The notes under the pieces: generated by a model
Databases searched by the model: none
Seen by the model: the letters and a program-made list of their open reading frames with translations, nothing else
What the model was told of the DNA's origin: nothing
Program-made: the position numbers and the translations under genes
Assembly: GCF_964355755.1 (NCBI RefSeq)
Contig: NC_092671.1
Coordinates: 14,694,001-14,758,000 of the forward strand
From: Antedon mediterranea
Lineage: Eukaryota > Animalia > Echinodermata
Direction of reading: 5' to 3'
DNA: 64,000 bases
Shown here: positions 1 to 14,874 of the stretch, piece after piece
How positions within the stretch are numbered: the first letter of the stretch is position 1
How the letters are laid out: every line of letters begins with the position of its first letter

Positions 1-3000
1 CGAACACGAGCTTGATTGTAAATTACATCATTAATGCATGTTACAACCAATTAAAGATTAAAATGTATGTATATTTTTACAAAATATTTTATATGTTAAA
101 CTACGGCCTACGTGTCAACAGCATGGCATTTCTTTAATTTAGTCTTGCCAACGTGGTGAGTCTCCTGACGTTATTTTAGGCCTAACAAGGTGTGCTTAGA
201 GACACAGCCTTATTCAATACTGTACATTTATTTTGAATAATGCAAACTCAGTGCTTTACAATTAATTTATAGCGAATAAATTGATATAAAAAACAAATTG
301 ACTGTGTGTTGTTTTGTTCGATAACTGCGAGTGGAAAATAAATACAGAACTAAACTTTCGTTTTTTTACGTACGGATATTGTAACTTTTGGTACTTTATG
401 CATATTGCAATATGGGCGTCTGAAGCGCTTGAGGCGACCGTCATGAGTGATTGTTAATTAAACCGCCTGTCACTACAACTAGTTATGAATACTAATGGGT
501 TTGATATTAAATGACTTCAATATCAATGCACATCATGATGAAAAGACGTCCTCATGGAGAAGTAGTTAATTAATATTAGAATATACAATAATGAATATTA
601 ACTATACAATAATGAAATATAGGTAATGACGTCAGTCGAGCCAGTTCACAAGGGTCAAGCCAACCTCATGATTTATGAAATAAATATAAGTGAAATAATC
701 ATAATGTTTTTATTTAAATACAATCGTTTATTTTTGTGCACTGTTTTCAAAACTGGTTTATTGTTGCACCAATATTTTACTGTATTCCTAATTCCTATTA
801 ATATCACTTGCTAGGACCTTGCTTTTTTATAGTCGGCCGGATACCAATGTGTATAAATAAATGTGAATGTTTCTTGTTACATCAACCGGTACTGTCGCCG
901 ATGAGGCGAACAACATGCATGTATACATGAGTGATGGTGTTTTACAAGATAGTGATATGATGTATACGTGTTTTTTACAACATTCCGATTGTGAACACTC
1001 CACGGCAGACTGATATTTCAATTCAGGGTATGTCATGCGTTTACCAAGCAAAGTATGCTGACCTTAATAAGGATAGCCTAAAATACAAATGAAGTATAAT
1101 TACATATTAATGATATAGGCTAATGTGTTTGGTAAAAAACCATTACCAAAAGAGGTGGGTGGCTATTATAAAGTATGCTATTTGAATGTTAAGGCAAGGG
1201 ATTTAACTTATCACTCCAATAATTAATTAATTAGGCAAATCACTTTTACCCTTACAAAAATGCTACAAAATGTTGTTTTTCATAAGCATTAAAATCAAAA
1301 TAGTAACAAAAAAGACATACCGTAATCGAAGCGTTCAAAATGTTTATTTCAATATAGATAAGTGTGTATACAATCCATTCCAATAATGTGTCTTCATTGT
1401 CGGTATTATAAAGACGAACCTTGATTGGATTGGATTGGATTAAGTTAATGTTAACATCAATACCGTTAATGTCTAATATCCCTGTCACGTTTCCAATTAA
1501 TTTAATCTTGATATTGAACTAAGGTATAGGGTTTACATCAAAGTTTAAAAACAGAAAGAAAAACAAATGTTGTATAAAATATTCTATACAAACTACTCTA
1601 TTTGATGAACAATACCTTTTAAGAATGTTTTGCAGGTATTATTATTAACATAAACATAATGTACCGTAATAGGTCTAACTATACTGATGTATGAAACAAT
1701 CAATATGATGATCTAAAAAAAAAGATGATTATCATCACAATAACGGTGTGATGATTCTGTTTAACATCCAAGAGTGAATGACAATGATGAGAAATGGTGA
1801 CGAGGTTTATGAAGATGTTGACGATTAATTGTAATGATGATGATAATAATGATGATATTGATTGATTATTCAGATAAACGTTACGTCATGAAAATCATAG
1901 AGTATGTTTACGTGTGTACGTTTGTTAATGTTCTTGTCTTTGACGTGACGTCATCGTTATCGATCAGAGAATTGCCATAGGGAGATATAATTCCAATAAT
2001 ATGGAAACATCGATCAATCTTATCCCACGCTAATACAAGTAGTTTACATGATATGTTTGTAAAAATAATTGTTGTCAGTTGAAAATTCGATTGCCTCGTT
2101 TTAACCAGTTATATAAAGATAAAAGACATTGGACGAATTTTGGATACAAACACGTAAATGAAGTAAGTCAAAAAGCCCTCGTCAATCATATTTGAACCAC
2201 AATAAATGGTTGAAAGGGGTATACAATATTTTTTAAAGTTACATTTTTGTTTTTTCATGAATTATTCAATGGTCCCCACGACCCTATCAATAAGTATATC
2301 TACTTTTTCAACTACGTCTCGATTAAATATTCAGTATTGGTAACGCGGTCATTTTTACAGGAAAAATCCAACCATAGTAAAATATTATGTGACTAGGATG
2401 CCGCAAGTGTGTACGAAGACCACTACCAATACTATAGATTATATAGATTATATACATTTATTATTATGCACTGCCTTGCACACACACAAACGATACTCTC
2501 ATCAGACTCAAGACTTTTCGGCTGTGTTAATAATAATGGCCTCTAAAAATCTATATTATTTACATTACATAGTCGTTTTATACAGCGATACAAATAATAT
2601 TATTATTGCAAAAATTAAAATTTTGATTAATATAAACAATTACTATTATTTTAGTTTCATTCTATATTTGGACTAAGACAAGCTTACATGACGTCATGCA
2701 TAGGCCTAAAGGCTAATACCAACTGGATATCATACATTGTAATATCGTCAATGCTCATTTAAAAATAAAATAAGTGATAATTTGGTGAACTGGTGGCAAA
2801 AATGGATGGGACTCTAAGGACATTTGGAGTATTTGGAATGATCAGGATCTAATATAGATATGTCTCTTTTTAAATGCTCATGGGTTTCATTCTATATATA
2901 TATATCCGTTAATTAAAGACGCAAATATTTCATTTCAAAATGGTTCTTCGAAAATCGTGGTGTTTATATTAATTCTACACACCGTGTGTGATGTGATATA

Positions 3001-5468
3001 GATTCCTAGAAGTTTTTATACGAACTTTCAGGAAAATAATGTTTGTTTCATTTACAGCGAAACTAAATATTTGACGCACTTTTGTTAAGATCTATAAGTA
3101 AACAATACATCGTGATTTATATTGTATTATAATTAATAATATCAAACACGCTTTGTTTAACAAGTAGCTGTTTCAACAAATCAATAGTGTCTGCAGATTC
3201 GTTTAATTTGTGTTTTATTCCGACGCCTTTAAAAGTATTCATTCTGTTCTTAGCGAGAAGTCTATAACTTATCCGACAATGGTTAAGAAAAATCTGTCAA
3301 AGGTGAAAAGGCAAAATAATGACGTCACATTTAATTAATATGCGATATATATTAATTGTATAAAACTCTCTTATTGTTATTACAATCCAAATGAGAACTC
3401 TGACGTCATGCATTTATATTAATTATCTAGAAACACCAATATGCATTTCAAAATAACAAAACGGAGAGCATCAACATCAACAAATTTGTCAACCAAACGT
3501 TTGGATTTAATGCATCTATGACATTTAGGCGATATACCGTACTTATCGCACGACACGCCAATTTTAGTCAGAAGTTACGCGTTAATAAGTGATATGTGTG
3601 GAGAAGGGCGGCTTTAAAAGGAATTAACCGTTTAACAGTAAACCAAATAATTGTGGGCCTACTGTCAATAATCAGTTGATATTCGGATAGACTATTTAGT
3701 TGGTTGTTTTTTTCAAAATTCCCAACTTATTATATTTAAATTTTTCATAATAGGCCTAATAACACTAATCGTTTAGTGACTTAACTTGACATCACATTAG
3801 CTATAATATGACGAAGGCCGCTTACCAACTTGTGCGATTTTCAAATGGGTCATCCTCAGAAATTTTAAGAAAAGTCAACTTTTCTTATAAACCTAAAATC
3901 CTGGAAAGATCTAAATTTAGACGATGCCAAGTCATTTCATTTAAAATGTAGGCTAAGCCAGGAAAACCATCTGCGTTAGTAAGATTAGGTCAGCCCAGGG
4001 AATTACGTTACCAATTATAGACCAATTGGATCATGGAGGTATAAACATTATCGGATTAACTAAAGACGCTTTGTTAAAAATGAACTTTATTATATCAAAT
4101 TATTATTAACCTTGTTTATTATAAGGTTATTTATGAGCTGTATGGATTTTGTAACTATTCACGTGAGGTTCCTCCTTCTGTACAGGTACCGGATTATATG
4201 ATTAATACTACAAAATCGAATAGGAATCGCAATCGAATAAATACCCTACCAACTTGACTTATCCAGTGCAGAGGGTGCCTGACTGAAAATGAGGGCTGGT
4301 GACTACTTTTTCCGTCACAAAATTAGTATACTAAACGTTCTAATAATCTTTACGGACGGTAAGATATAGATGCCGCGTCATTCTTTTCTCTGCATCAACA
4401 AGAACTGATAATAAAGCAAGAGATGCCTGCTTATGTTCAGTACTATAATCGATGGAGTACCATTCATTCTACTCTAACAGATTAGTTTACATCTTCATAT
4501 TCACATTTAAAAAAAATCACAATGGGTTATTAGAATTGATTTTTGTTATCATTAAACGACGGTTCACATTTTAAAATAGGCCAAATTTCGATCGTTGTGC
4601 AGTAAATGGAACATCAACGTTTCTATCAGTGACTAAGTGGATAGGAACACAGTTTAGAAATGATGAATGTTTCTAATTTATTGAAACTCAATTAATTTAC
4701 ACCAAACCAACCCAAATACATATTATACACATAGGCCCTACACATACATTCAACTGTAAAAACAAAATGAATTGAAAAAAATGTATAAACTAACGGGTTG
4801 TCACTCTTCTTTCACTTTGTATAAATACGCGCGCGGACTACCAAAACGGTTAAAGAATGAAAATATTGAGGCAGATTAAGATATAAAAGTGAAGAACAAA
4901 CAAAAAAAGGACAGGTATAAGAATATTAGGCTCGAACATATTGTCAATAGTAACGGTAAAACAAGCATACGATATGTCCAAATATACATAAACAGTACTG
5001 TAATCCATAATTGTTTTTATAATTATGCCTATACTAATTGATAAGGGAATTACCCTCATTCGACATCTGGATATTTCAATCGTCTTTCATTGTGTTTCAT
5101 ACAAATATTATAACATTTTCATAGAAATATATACCAGCAAATAATAATATCATATTACTGTATAAACAAGATAAATAATGCATTTTATTGATTAAGTGGA
5201 AAAGTCATTTTAACTTGGAAGTTACTGTATATATATAACGTTTCCTTCCAGACTTAGGAACAATTAATTCCAACCTGGCTGGTATTTACTCTGTTTTTGT
5301 AGAGGGGGTTCCCCAGGTTTATAGCTGCAGTATAGGCCCACCTGTTGACATTCATAAACAAATAAGCGCTGAAATGTATTCTGTATAACATAAATTATGT
5401 TATCATGATTGATATTCGTTACTCAATATAGTCATAACCTACCATGAAACTATAATTAATAACGACAG

Positions 5469-5525
5469 TATTGTTTTTGCAGCAAAAGTACAATGTCACA
5501 TTGTACTTTTGCTGCAAAAACAATA
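5469..5525. repeat. Perfect 28-bp inverted repeat with 1-nt spacer
   Basis: TATTGTTTTTGCAGCAAAAGTACAATGT-C-ACATTGTACTTTTGCTGCAAAAACAATA; the arms are exact reverse complements. Confidence 0.95.
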
Positions 5526-5819
5526 TGTCTTACATCCCTTTTACCATCCCTGGCAGCATTTTATATTGACAATAACTGGAATAGCGTATTGTTGGCTTGC
5601 ATTAACTAACATCAATATCTGTTCTTCTCAGAAATTCATAACTGACTGCAAATAAACCGTTAGACGATACACTTGTATAATATTAATTACTACAGGGCTT
5701 CACCACAGACAAAAACCGTAGCATAATGCATTATTAATTTTTTTCCAGGATGTTTGATTAATTTCTGATCCAATATTCAGAGACAATATTAAAAGTCAAT
5801 AAAAACAGTACATACAAAT

Positions 5820-6015
5820 GGGCTTCTCGGATAACGAATATAAAACCGTATAGTGTACACATCTACACAGTAGCTCATGAAACTTTCGAGACGAGTATGG
5901 GGTTACTCCAGTGTAACACATGTACAAAGCCACTGTCACTCACAGCCACTGATCGTAACTGGGCGGCTCAGGGAGACCAGTCTTTGAGGTCAACCAGTAA
6001 TAAATAATAAATAAA
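5820..6015 (+). mobile_element. Degraded 3' fragment of the SINE family seen at 17662
   Basis: Shares blocks with 17765-17880 (cttctc-ggataa-gac, agtgtacacatcta, ctttcg..gagta.gggg.tac.ccagtgta) and ends in a (TAAA)n-like tail. Confidence 0.5.
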
Positions 6016-8615
6016 TTCGAAAAAATAGTGGTCGGTTGCGTTGAAAGATCTTTGCATGGATGGTGTGTTCAAATTCATGGAGAAAATCATATTTCTCCAT
6101 TCTCAAATGCAGATGAGAGAAGTGATCAGAAGATTGTACTCTTTTGGCCTATGTGATGACACGATGATCTTCTTTATGGTCCATGATGAAACTGCGGAAT
6201 GATATAATGATAATAAAATAACTATTGACTTAACAAAGGAAAGGTAAAAAGGGAGGGAATAACGTTGGCGTTATTGCATCTCTCTTGGTACACAGAAATA
6301 TAAATGATTATTATTATTTGGAAAGTTCTCGTGTTACTGATATTTGTATAGATTGTTTTTGTGTCGTGAATGAAAATGATTGTTTGATATAGAATCGATA
6401 AAGATTATCTGTAGGCATTGAACTTCAGTATTTAAAAATAAGGTCAGTTATAATAATACTATCGTTATATTATTACAATGCCAATTATGCAGCACAGTTT
6501 ATCAGAACGGATATCAATTAATGAATACTGTTTAAAAACTAAAATGAGTCTGTAATACAAAAATGTAGGTCTAAACGTAATCAAATTGTTGAGCATGATA
6601 TTGGCTACGATACGAACGATTATTAGAACAAACGCATAATTAAAACACTAATAATAATAGCCTATACGGTAATGGTAGGCCTACTTGTTTGGTTTTATGT
6701 AAACAAAATATATATATTTTTATTTCTTTTCTTTGATATAATGATCAGAGATATAAATTTATTTATTCAAGGGGGACAATAGCAAATACGTATAGGCCTT
6801 CACTAACATAGTAGAAAATGTAGCCTATAATTCATATATTCTTTTAAAAGATGAACTATTGCCTTCAAAAATATTAATAAATATCGATATAACTTGTTTA
6901 TTGATATAAAGTGTTTATCTCTATGTATTTATCATACGTGCATACTACAAATGGTTGATTTAGTGCCTGGTTTATTAGAACGGTAAACAAAACTAATCAT
7001 GCTTTACCAAAAGCTAGACACGTAGACCTACAAAGCGACTAAAGGTGATCAAACATCGAAATAGTATACTAATGCAGATCACAAGTGTCTAATCATATCC
7101 AATTATTAAAAGAATAAGATGATGTCCGAAATGTTAATTATCGTTATAGTCATTATTTTCTAATTTATCATAAGGAGGTGCATAATAAGAAAAAAAAACA
7201 TCGTATAGGGGACACATTCCCATTGAAAATAATAAGGAATTAAGTGTCCCACATCAAGTTGGGGCTGGGCAGGAAATATCATCAGTAAAGGGGATAAAGA
7301 CCGAATTGAAAATGTGCTGTGTAGAGTGGGGAACGTAATTGGTTCGTCTGTGCAAACGCTTGACTCTTTCTACAGCGAACGTCTTACCGATGTGTTCCAT
7401 GCTATATTGAAAGACACCAATCATCATCTCATAACGACATTATCGGCTCCGTTATCGTTAGAAGTGGTAGGATGACATTAGGCCTATAACAAAGATTTAT
7501 TTAGATAGTTCTTTTTTTCCCCTTATATTTATTTTAGGCAAGCCAAGATAATTTATGAGCACTGTAATTTCCATTTATATTGGACAATAAATGAATCTGT
7601 AAATGCATCTGTAAGTTTAATTAGATTATTCGCAAACTTATCATTTATTGAATAATTTGTGTACGAAATACTACAATAGACTCAATACTCGATCGATAAA
7701 CATATGTTATTTCCTAGACCTGTTTATATCAATTGTACGTGACTTTTAGTCAGAATGGTTTACAAAACACAAGAACAACATTCCACGAATGGCCTACCTA
7801 CGCTAAAGCTCAATTTGTTTTCAATTTAATTGACGTACAGGTAAAATTAAAAAATCAACTTTGTTATTTTAATGGATTTTACGTACGATTGCCAAATATT
7901 AAAATCGATATTAATGTAGTCAATTGTTTTATTATCTGTCTGTGTCTTTCCAAAATATCGATTTGTTTATTCTTAGAGGAATATAAGCATTTTCCTCGCA
8001 TACATAAGAGTTAGAAATTAAACCGGTTCTTTTTATTAGTGTAGGAAATCACAATTAAAATGTATGGTTTTTATTATGTTACCCACTGTCATTTTGTGTA
8101 GAGTGGTATAGGTGTTATTAATTGGCAAAGTTTTAAGTCCGCTTTGAAATTTATCAAGCCAAGTCTCTTTTTAGAAATTAACTGTTATACTAGAACCTCT
8201 TGTTTGGACACTCCTAGATTAATAGGGAGTTTTCAGTGCGAATCAGGAAAGTACAGACAGTTTGAGACCGTAAGAATACCTCGGGAAAACATAAACATAT
8301 CTTTTCAAAATTTTTATTTGAACTTAAACTAGACTACATCAAATTAATCGCTTCTGTACTGTAGTACATTGCTCCTGTGTTTGAAGGCCAGTGAGTTATT
8401 TTTACAAATGATTTACAAAAGAAATACATTAATAAATTTAGGTTTAAAAACATATCCTGCCTATAATGAATGTGAATTGCACAACGGTAGATATACTCTC
8501 AATAGAGTATGACAAAAGAGAAATTGCTACAACATTTATCGTTAAGGCGACTTATATCATGACGTTGTTTGACCTTGACAAAAATTAACATGATGGAGAT
8601 GATTTTGAAAGAAAA

Positions 8616-9155
8616 AGAAAAGACAGATGATGCTTATTGTGAAAAGATGATAATGACGATGACGCTGATAGTGACGAGTAAGAAAAGACAGATGATGCTT
8701 ATTGTGAAAAGATGATAACGACGATGACGCTGATAGTGACGAGTAAGAAAATACAGATGATGCTTATTGTGAAAAGATGATAATGAAGCTGATAGTGACG
8801 AGTAAGAAAAGACAGATGATGCTTATTGTGAAAAGATGATAATGACGATGACGCTGATAGTGACGAGTAAGAAAAGACAGATGATGCTTATTGTGAAAAG
8901 ATGATAATGACGATGACGCTGATAGTGACGAGTAAGAAAACACAGATGATGCTTATAATTGTTAAAATGATGACGATGATAGTGACGAGTAAGAAAAGGC
9001 ATATGATGCTTATAATTTTGAAAAGGATGACGATGATAGTGACGAGAAAGAAGACAGATGATGCTTTGTGAAACTGATAATCATGACGATGATAATGACG
9101 AGAAAGAAAAGACAGATGATTCTTATAATTGTGAAAAGAATAATGATGACGATGA
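8616..9155. repeat. ~57-63 bp minisatellite, ~9 copies
   Basis: Unit GTAAGAAAAGACAGATGATGCTTATTGTGAAAAGATGATAATGACGATGACGCTGATAGTGACGA, degenerating towards the 3' end; accounts for ORFs 8888-9181 and 9010-9192. Confidence 0.9.
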
Positions 9156-9740
9156 TATACGTTGTTAAATTGTACAAACAAACATGGACCATAACTCTTT
9201 AACTTATTTCATGTAATTAGTTTATCCTATGATAAACATTTTATATATTATATGCTAAAAAATATCGCTAAAATCATTATTTAGTAGGCTAACTTAATAT
9301 TTCTAAATTGTATAATGTGATAAACGTTTCACTGAAAAGATATGAAAAAAAAGTATATCAATAATGTGATTACAAATGTATTAGGATTTATTTCCAATTT
9401 TGAATACTGTTTCCATTTTGGTCTAATTAATTCGGCTCAATATGACCAGTTTTGACTTGTACAGTATTAATTATGAATAACGATAATGTTGTAAAACGTT
9501 TGTTATAATTGCATTTTACTAGATTATGTTATGATGAAACAAAATCGTTGAAAAATCGATAAACTCATTATTTGTAATCAGATATTATAAAAGGAAACGA
9601 AGTTAAAAAACAACGGAAAAATCTTGGCAATACGAGCAGTTCTCAATCTCACAAATTCACCAATGTTTGAAGCAAAAAATAAATAATACAATTAGTAATA
9701 TTCTTTATTATAGTTCGTTTTGTTGCATAATATTTCACTA

Positions 9741-9920
9741 CCAAAAATGGCAGTGATATGACCAAATATGGTAGTGATATGACCAAAAATTGTAGTGATA
9801 TGACCAAATATGGTATGTAGTACTATGACCAAAAATGGTAGTGATATGACCAAAAATGGTAGTGATATGACCAAATATTGTAGTGATATGACATCATCAT
9901 GTCCATGGGCACATCACATT
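9741..9920. repeat. 21-bp tandem repeat (CCAAATATGGTAGTGATATGA, ~7 copies) derived from the MITE at 10684
   Basis: The same 21-mer and the trailing CATCATCATGTCCAT..GGGCACATCACATTT also occur inside the element at 10684-10851. Confidence 0.85.
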
Positions 9921-10683
9921 TAATATATATATATATATTGAAGCAAATAAATAAATAAATAATACAATTTGTAATATTCTGTATTATAGTTTTTTTTATA
10001 GCATATTTCCTAAATTTTAAACTCGTTTTTAAATTAGCGCTTTGAATGTTAATGTTTAAAGTCCGTTTGAATTTGTATGAGTTTTTGTGTGCAATTTATT
10101 GATTTCAGAATCCCAATGAGTAAACTTTGAAACTTTTTGGGCTAATTCTTGCTATCATACTTTTGCTATAAGTATTTTTGTCTTTTAATCTGTATCGTTT
10201 GTTTATGTATGTGTAACTGATAGCTAAATAAAGTCAAATCAAAGCAAAATACAAAAAAAAACAAATTATCGGGTATAATATTCAGGGAAGTTCGAGTAAT
10301 ATCTTATTTTTATCGGATACATTTTCAAACTGTTTAATACAATTTTACCCTAAATAATCAACCAATGGCGTATGGAGGTTAAACATGTGTTTATTGCATA
10401 TCATACGTAATAACAAATAAGTAATTAAACAAACAATGAAAATAAAAAATTATAATTATTTACATTATTATATTATTAATACATGAAATTATATAAATTT
10501 ATTTCAATAATTTTAATATCTACAAAAGAAGATTGAAGCAGATGCATGAATCACAATGTATATTGCAGTACGATAAATTATAATTTGTTTTGATTCAGCT
10601 GATACACCAGGAAAGAGTGAAATTATTAATTTTAATGTCACACTTCTCTGGTTATCATACTAGATTTTGCAATGCTATCCTTC

Positions 10684-10851
10684 AAGCTCTATCTACAATA
10701 TCAAACTAGTTTGACAAAAAAAAGTGTGATGTGCCCAAATATGGTAGTGATATGACCAAATATGGTAGTGATATGACATCATCATGTCCATATATGGGCA
10801 CATCACATTTTTTTTGTCACAAAGTTTGATAGTGTAGATAAGACAGAGCTT
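10684..10851. mobile_element. Small MITE, Harbinger/PIF-like; partial inverted copy at ~15706-15770
   Basis: Imperfect TIRs AAGCTCTATCTACAATATCAAACT..TGACAAAAAAAAGTGTGATGTGCCCA / TGGGCACATCACATTTTTTTTTGTCACAAAGTTTGATAGTGTAGA..CAGAGCTT. The family call rests on the TCTACAC-like terminal motif only. Confidence 0.6.
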
Positions 10852-12210
10852 TATATTGTTTTAAGGTCTCAAGTGGAATTAGCTTTTGACCGTTTTTGGC
10901 ATTCTTTGTAATCAAAGATCACAAATGACCCATTTCAATAGCGCGTAAAATATCAAAATTTGAAATTTTAAAAAAACTAAAAAAATCTGAGCCAGGAAAA
11001 ATTCTATAGGTGGGTAAATAAAATATTAAATAACTAAATCATTTTAATAATCTTTGAATTAATTCTAATTTTCTAATCAATGTTTAAGTTAAATATGCTT
11101 AAAATAAGTAAAATCCAGACCAATTATAATATGTTATATCTTCTGTGTTCTAGAACTGTTTAATTATGTGTTAAATCTTACACGATTATAAGAACATCAC
11201 ATGTGATAATAACATTCATAAAACTGAAATATGTAATCGGTTAATGATTGGAATCAATCTTTTGTGAAATACTTGATCTTATTATTCAACAATTTAAGTG
11301 TTCATCACTTAATATGATAATAAATAATAATAAATACTACCTTTTTGTGTATAATACAAATGTATTATTTATTTAAATCGCAGCATTACACTGTTTTAAA
11401 CCATAAATCAATAAAGTGTACAAATAGGCTATTCAATTTCAAACATTTATGCCTAAGAACATTTGTATCGCAGTAGGGGTGATTTAAAAAAAAGCTATAC
11501 TGTAATATTTCTTTAAAATGCACCAACAAATTACTGTATCTGCAGAAAAAATGTGGATTCGTTAAATTATTTATTGGGGGTGTGTGAGTCACTTTTCTTA
11601 TTTTGTTGTTAAAAAAGCAATTAATTGATCTGAATTTCCCTCTTTGAAGAATAATAATGAAAAAAAACACACTGTTGTTTATTCACATATATGTGTGGGT
11701 GCTTAAGATTTATTGTACTATTTACATTAAAGTAGACTTTGCATAAAATGACTGATACAGGCAATTTAACTTCACTACCTCAAACAATAGCTTCTTTATG
11801 CTGTTGAAACAGAATCATCATACTCATCATATTTCATTCTGCATCCCTAGGCAAAATTATTTACCGACTGTAAAATGCTGGCAAGCGGTATTTTTCAGAG
11901 ATGATGGCAAACAATGCTAAATTTTTTAATGGGTTAGCTGGTTGTTTCAGCTTCATGTCTGTATGAGATAAATTACCTTCCGCAATTGAAGATACCTTTA
12001 TGTTTCATTTTGACATCAAACAATGTTGTTCCTATAAGTTCAGCTCTTCTTAAGGAAGGCGGATTCATAAAACACAACATGTTTTTGCTCACTTCAATAA
12101 CAGAACAGTTTTTACTGGTTCATTTAAAAAGCAGGAACTAATCCAGTTTCCTTAATGGTGCTGAAACACAATGCATAAAAAAAGAGTTATATTTTACCCA
12201 TTCATATCAA

Positions 12211-12530
12211 AGATATATTGTCCCCCTATATTTTTTGTTAATTCTTCTTGTTGAATATGCCTTCTTAATGTCACATAATAATTATCCACTTTTATGAACA
12301 GAAAATTGGATTTGAAAACAATTATTTATCTAAAAAAAACTGTAATTTAAAGCAAAAAAGCCAATGGGATTTTGGTTAAATTTGACCATTTATTTTGTCA
12401 TTTTATATGAGAAAACATGGTAATTTTTTTTTCATGGAAGGGATTAACTTTATGAAAACTACAAAATAACCTATTCAAAGTCTGAATTAATTAATCTTAA
12501 TTGTTCATGGTTTGGGGGTACAATGCATCT
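12211..12530. mobile_element. Kolobok-like MITE (copy 1)
   Basis: TIR AGATATATTGTCCCC / GGGGTACAATGCATCT, flanks TCAA/TTAA; internally similar to 15196-15534. Confidence 0.7.
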
Positions 12531-12796
12531 TTAATGCTTTAAGTGATTCTTTAAATAATGTAAGAGTAAAACATAATAAAGTATTCATAGCAGGAAGCAT
12601 TAAGTTTATAATGTTATCAAGACACTCTCCTACACATTGTTAATGCTTTTAAAACCATGTAATGTAAGAAGTTCAATGATAAATGCTATAAACATCAGGA
12701 AGTGCAATAACATCATAATGTAGCAGTTACCGTAAATTGACTCTTATTGAAAGTTTGCAACTTTACCATCTGGTATAGCATCGTATCAATAATAGA

Positions 12797-13961
12797 CTAG
12801 ATTTGAACTCGTCACTTTGACGAGTTAGTTATCCGCACGACAAACGCCACGTGCACGTCATACGTTGGAATTATAGCACACAGAAAAAGATTATAGCATT
12901 ATGAACTGAACTGAACAATATGATATGTTCAATTTGTTAGTGCTGAATTCTGTCAATTTTGTGTCATATAGTATATACAGTGCAAACGGTATAATCTGTA
13001 TACATATTACATACAGTGTAGAATAGGTGAAATTACGGGAGCCGCCATTTATTCCTATTTTTACCATGGCGACGGCATCAAAATGAAACACTAAAATAGT
13101 AATTTCGGAAGGATATTGTCTCAGCAACAACATATTAACGTGTAGAAGAAATTTGGATACGTAAAATATTGATGCGCGCTCTTTTAAACGTGATGAACTA
13201 TGATGCAAAATATGAAATACGACTTTTTTTATTCATCTGGCCATATGATGACGTCACAACATCCGATTGGCAAAATGTTTACATGAATTCGTATCTATAA
13301 TCCAATAGCTTCCAGAAAACGTTTTAATCATGATTATCACTTTTTATTCTGACGAGCTATAACAGATTGAAATTTACTGTAAAAATGAAAATAATTGACC
13401 CATTTTATTTACATTTTTAGACATGGTGACGTCATAAAAATTGAAATATTTTTAACTCATGCGAAAGATAGTTGATTGACCTAGAAAATATCAAAATCTG
13501 GGTTAAAATGGAAAACGGATAAGTGGAGATGCGCTCTATTAAATGTGATGCACTATAACGAAAGATACAAAAATCCTATATTTTATATTCGCATGGCCAT
13601 ACGATGACGTCACAATGTCCGGTTAGCCATATTGATGCATGATACGATATCTACAACTCATCATCTTCTTTTTCAAAGTTTCAATTTAAAATGTTATTTG
13701 GTTTTTGACCTATGTTAAATATGAGAAAATCGTTAAATCGCGCGTAAATCATGTTGCGCAAATCTAACGTCATTCACAATAGGAGGTGCACTATTTCACG
13801 TAAATGCCCACATGTAGACAAAGTTATAAAATGTTATGTTAGCACGTTTTAGAGATACGCGACACACAAAATTGACACAAAGAAAGAATAATAAAAAAAA
13901 AAAAAAAAAAAAGATGATTTCATACAATTACAAGGAGTTATCCGCTGAATGCGGATAACTA
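12797..13961 (-). mobile_element. Solo non-autonomous Helentron-like element (HINE/DINE-1-like), same family as the 53871-63573 array
   Basis: On the minus strand: 5' GTTATCCGC-attca-GCGGATAAC head hairpin, then a poly-T tract and body, then 3' subTIR GCGGATAAC, stem-loop AACTCGTCA-aag-TGACGAGTT and terminal CTAG. Confidence 0.8.
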
Positions 13962-14874
13962 ATAAATCTTTCTGTGAAAGGTTTTTTTAAATAATACAGA
14001 TGTTATACAATGAATCATTCAAGATTTACCAAAAAAAATGTACAGTGAGTCTGTTAAAAGCATCCATTTAACATATTTACACGATTGGATGTCTCAAAAT
14101 AAGTAGATTTTTAAAATTATTTACAGAGTAGCTAAATTACAGATTATACAACAATTAAGAGAATGTGAAAGTAATGTGTACCTAATAAGTTATCATTAAT
14201 AGTAAAAAATGAAGGGTGTAAAATATAGGGCTTTAGGTTAAAATTAATCTAGCACCTTTATTCACATATGACACTAGGTAGGTTTTCAAACATTGTTCAT
14301 TCATCAAAATAAATAGTTATAGCTTTCAAAAGAACCATTTTATTAAAGATGAGAGGGAGGGGAAGATTTAAATACATTTAAATTGTTGAAAATTGTGAAT
14401 TAGAAATTTTCTATTGTAGTTTTTCTAAGTTTAAACGTACGATACATAAAGATGGTTAGATAATTTTAAGTAATCTAATGTTTTTACTATGATTTTAATT
14501 GTTATATATATATAGGAAAAAATAAAAATGTCTTGTCTGAATCAAAATGTCTCCTAAGATCAAACTTGGGTAAACCTTTACAGTGTAAATGCCTGAGACA
14601 TGAAGTCATTAGTGAAGTGCTATTTACATTTACATTCAATTTGCGTGATTAATGTTAACATATCATGAGTTAAGAGAAACAATAGATATTAGTTTAGTTC
14701 ATTGAACTGTAGGTTGTCTCCCACTATGTACACATCCTTTAAATGAATGCGGTCTAATCTTTGTAAACTAGACTAGATAGACATTTATTGATGTCTTCGT
14801 TTTCATTTCCTAATATTAATTTTGATCAATTGAAAACTGCTTAAATGACATACACAGAAACTCACCCAGTAAGA

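Noticed and set aside
891-925. Hammerhead-like CCGATGAGGCGAAC
   Set aside because: No intact CUGA box, stem II or GAAAC; too degraded to support.
1-8500. Short ORFs and isolated splice-like sites (e.g. 2109-2162) as a gene
   Set aside because: No recognisable protein motifs and no phase-consistent exon chain; treated as intergenic or intronic, possibly regulatory.
8616-9192. Minisatellite as a C/D snoRNA cluster or a hydrophobic/His-rich protein
   Set aside because: ATGATGC is not a proper C box, there are no terminal stems, and the ORFs are low-complexity by-products.
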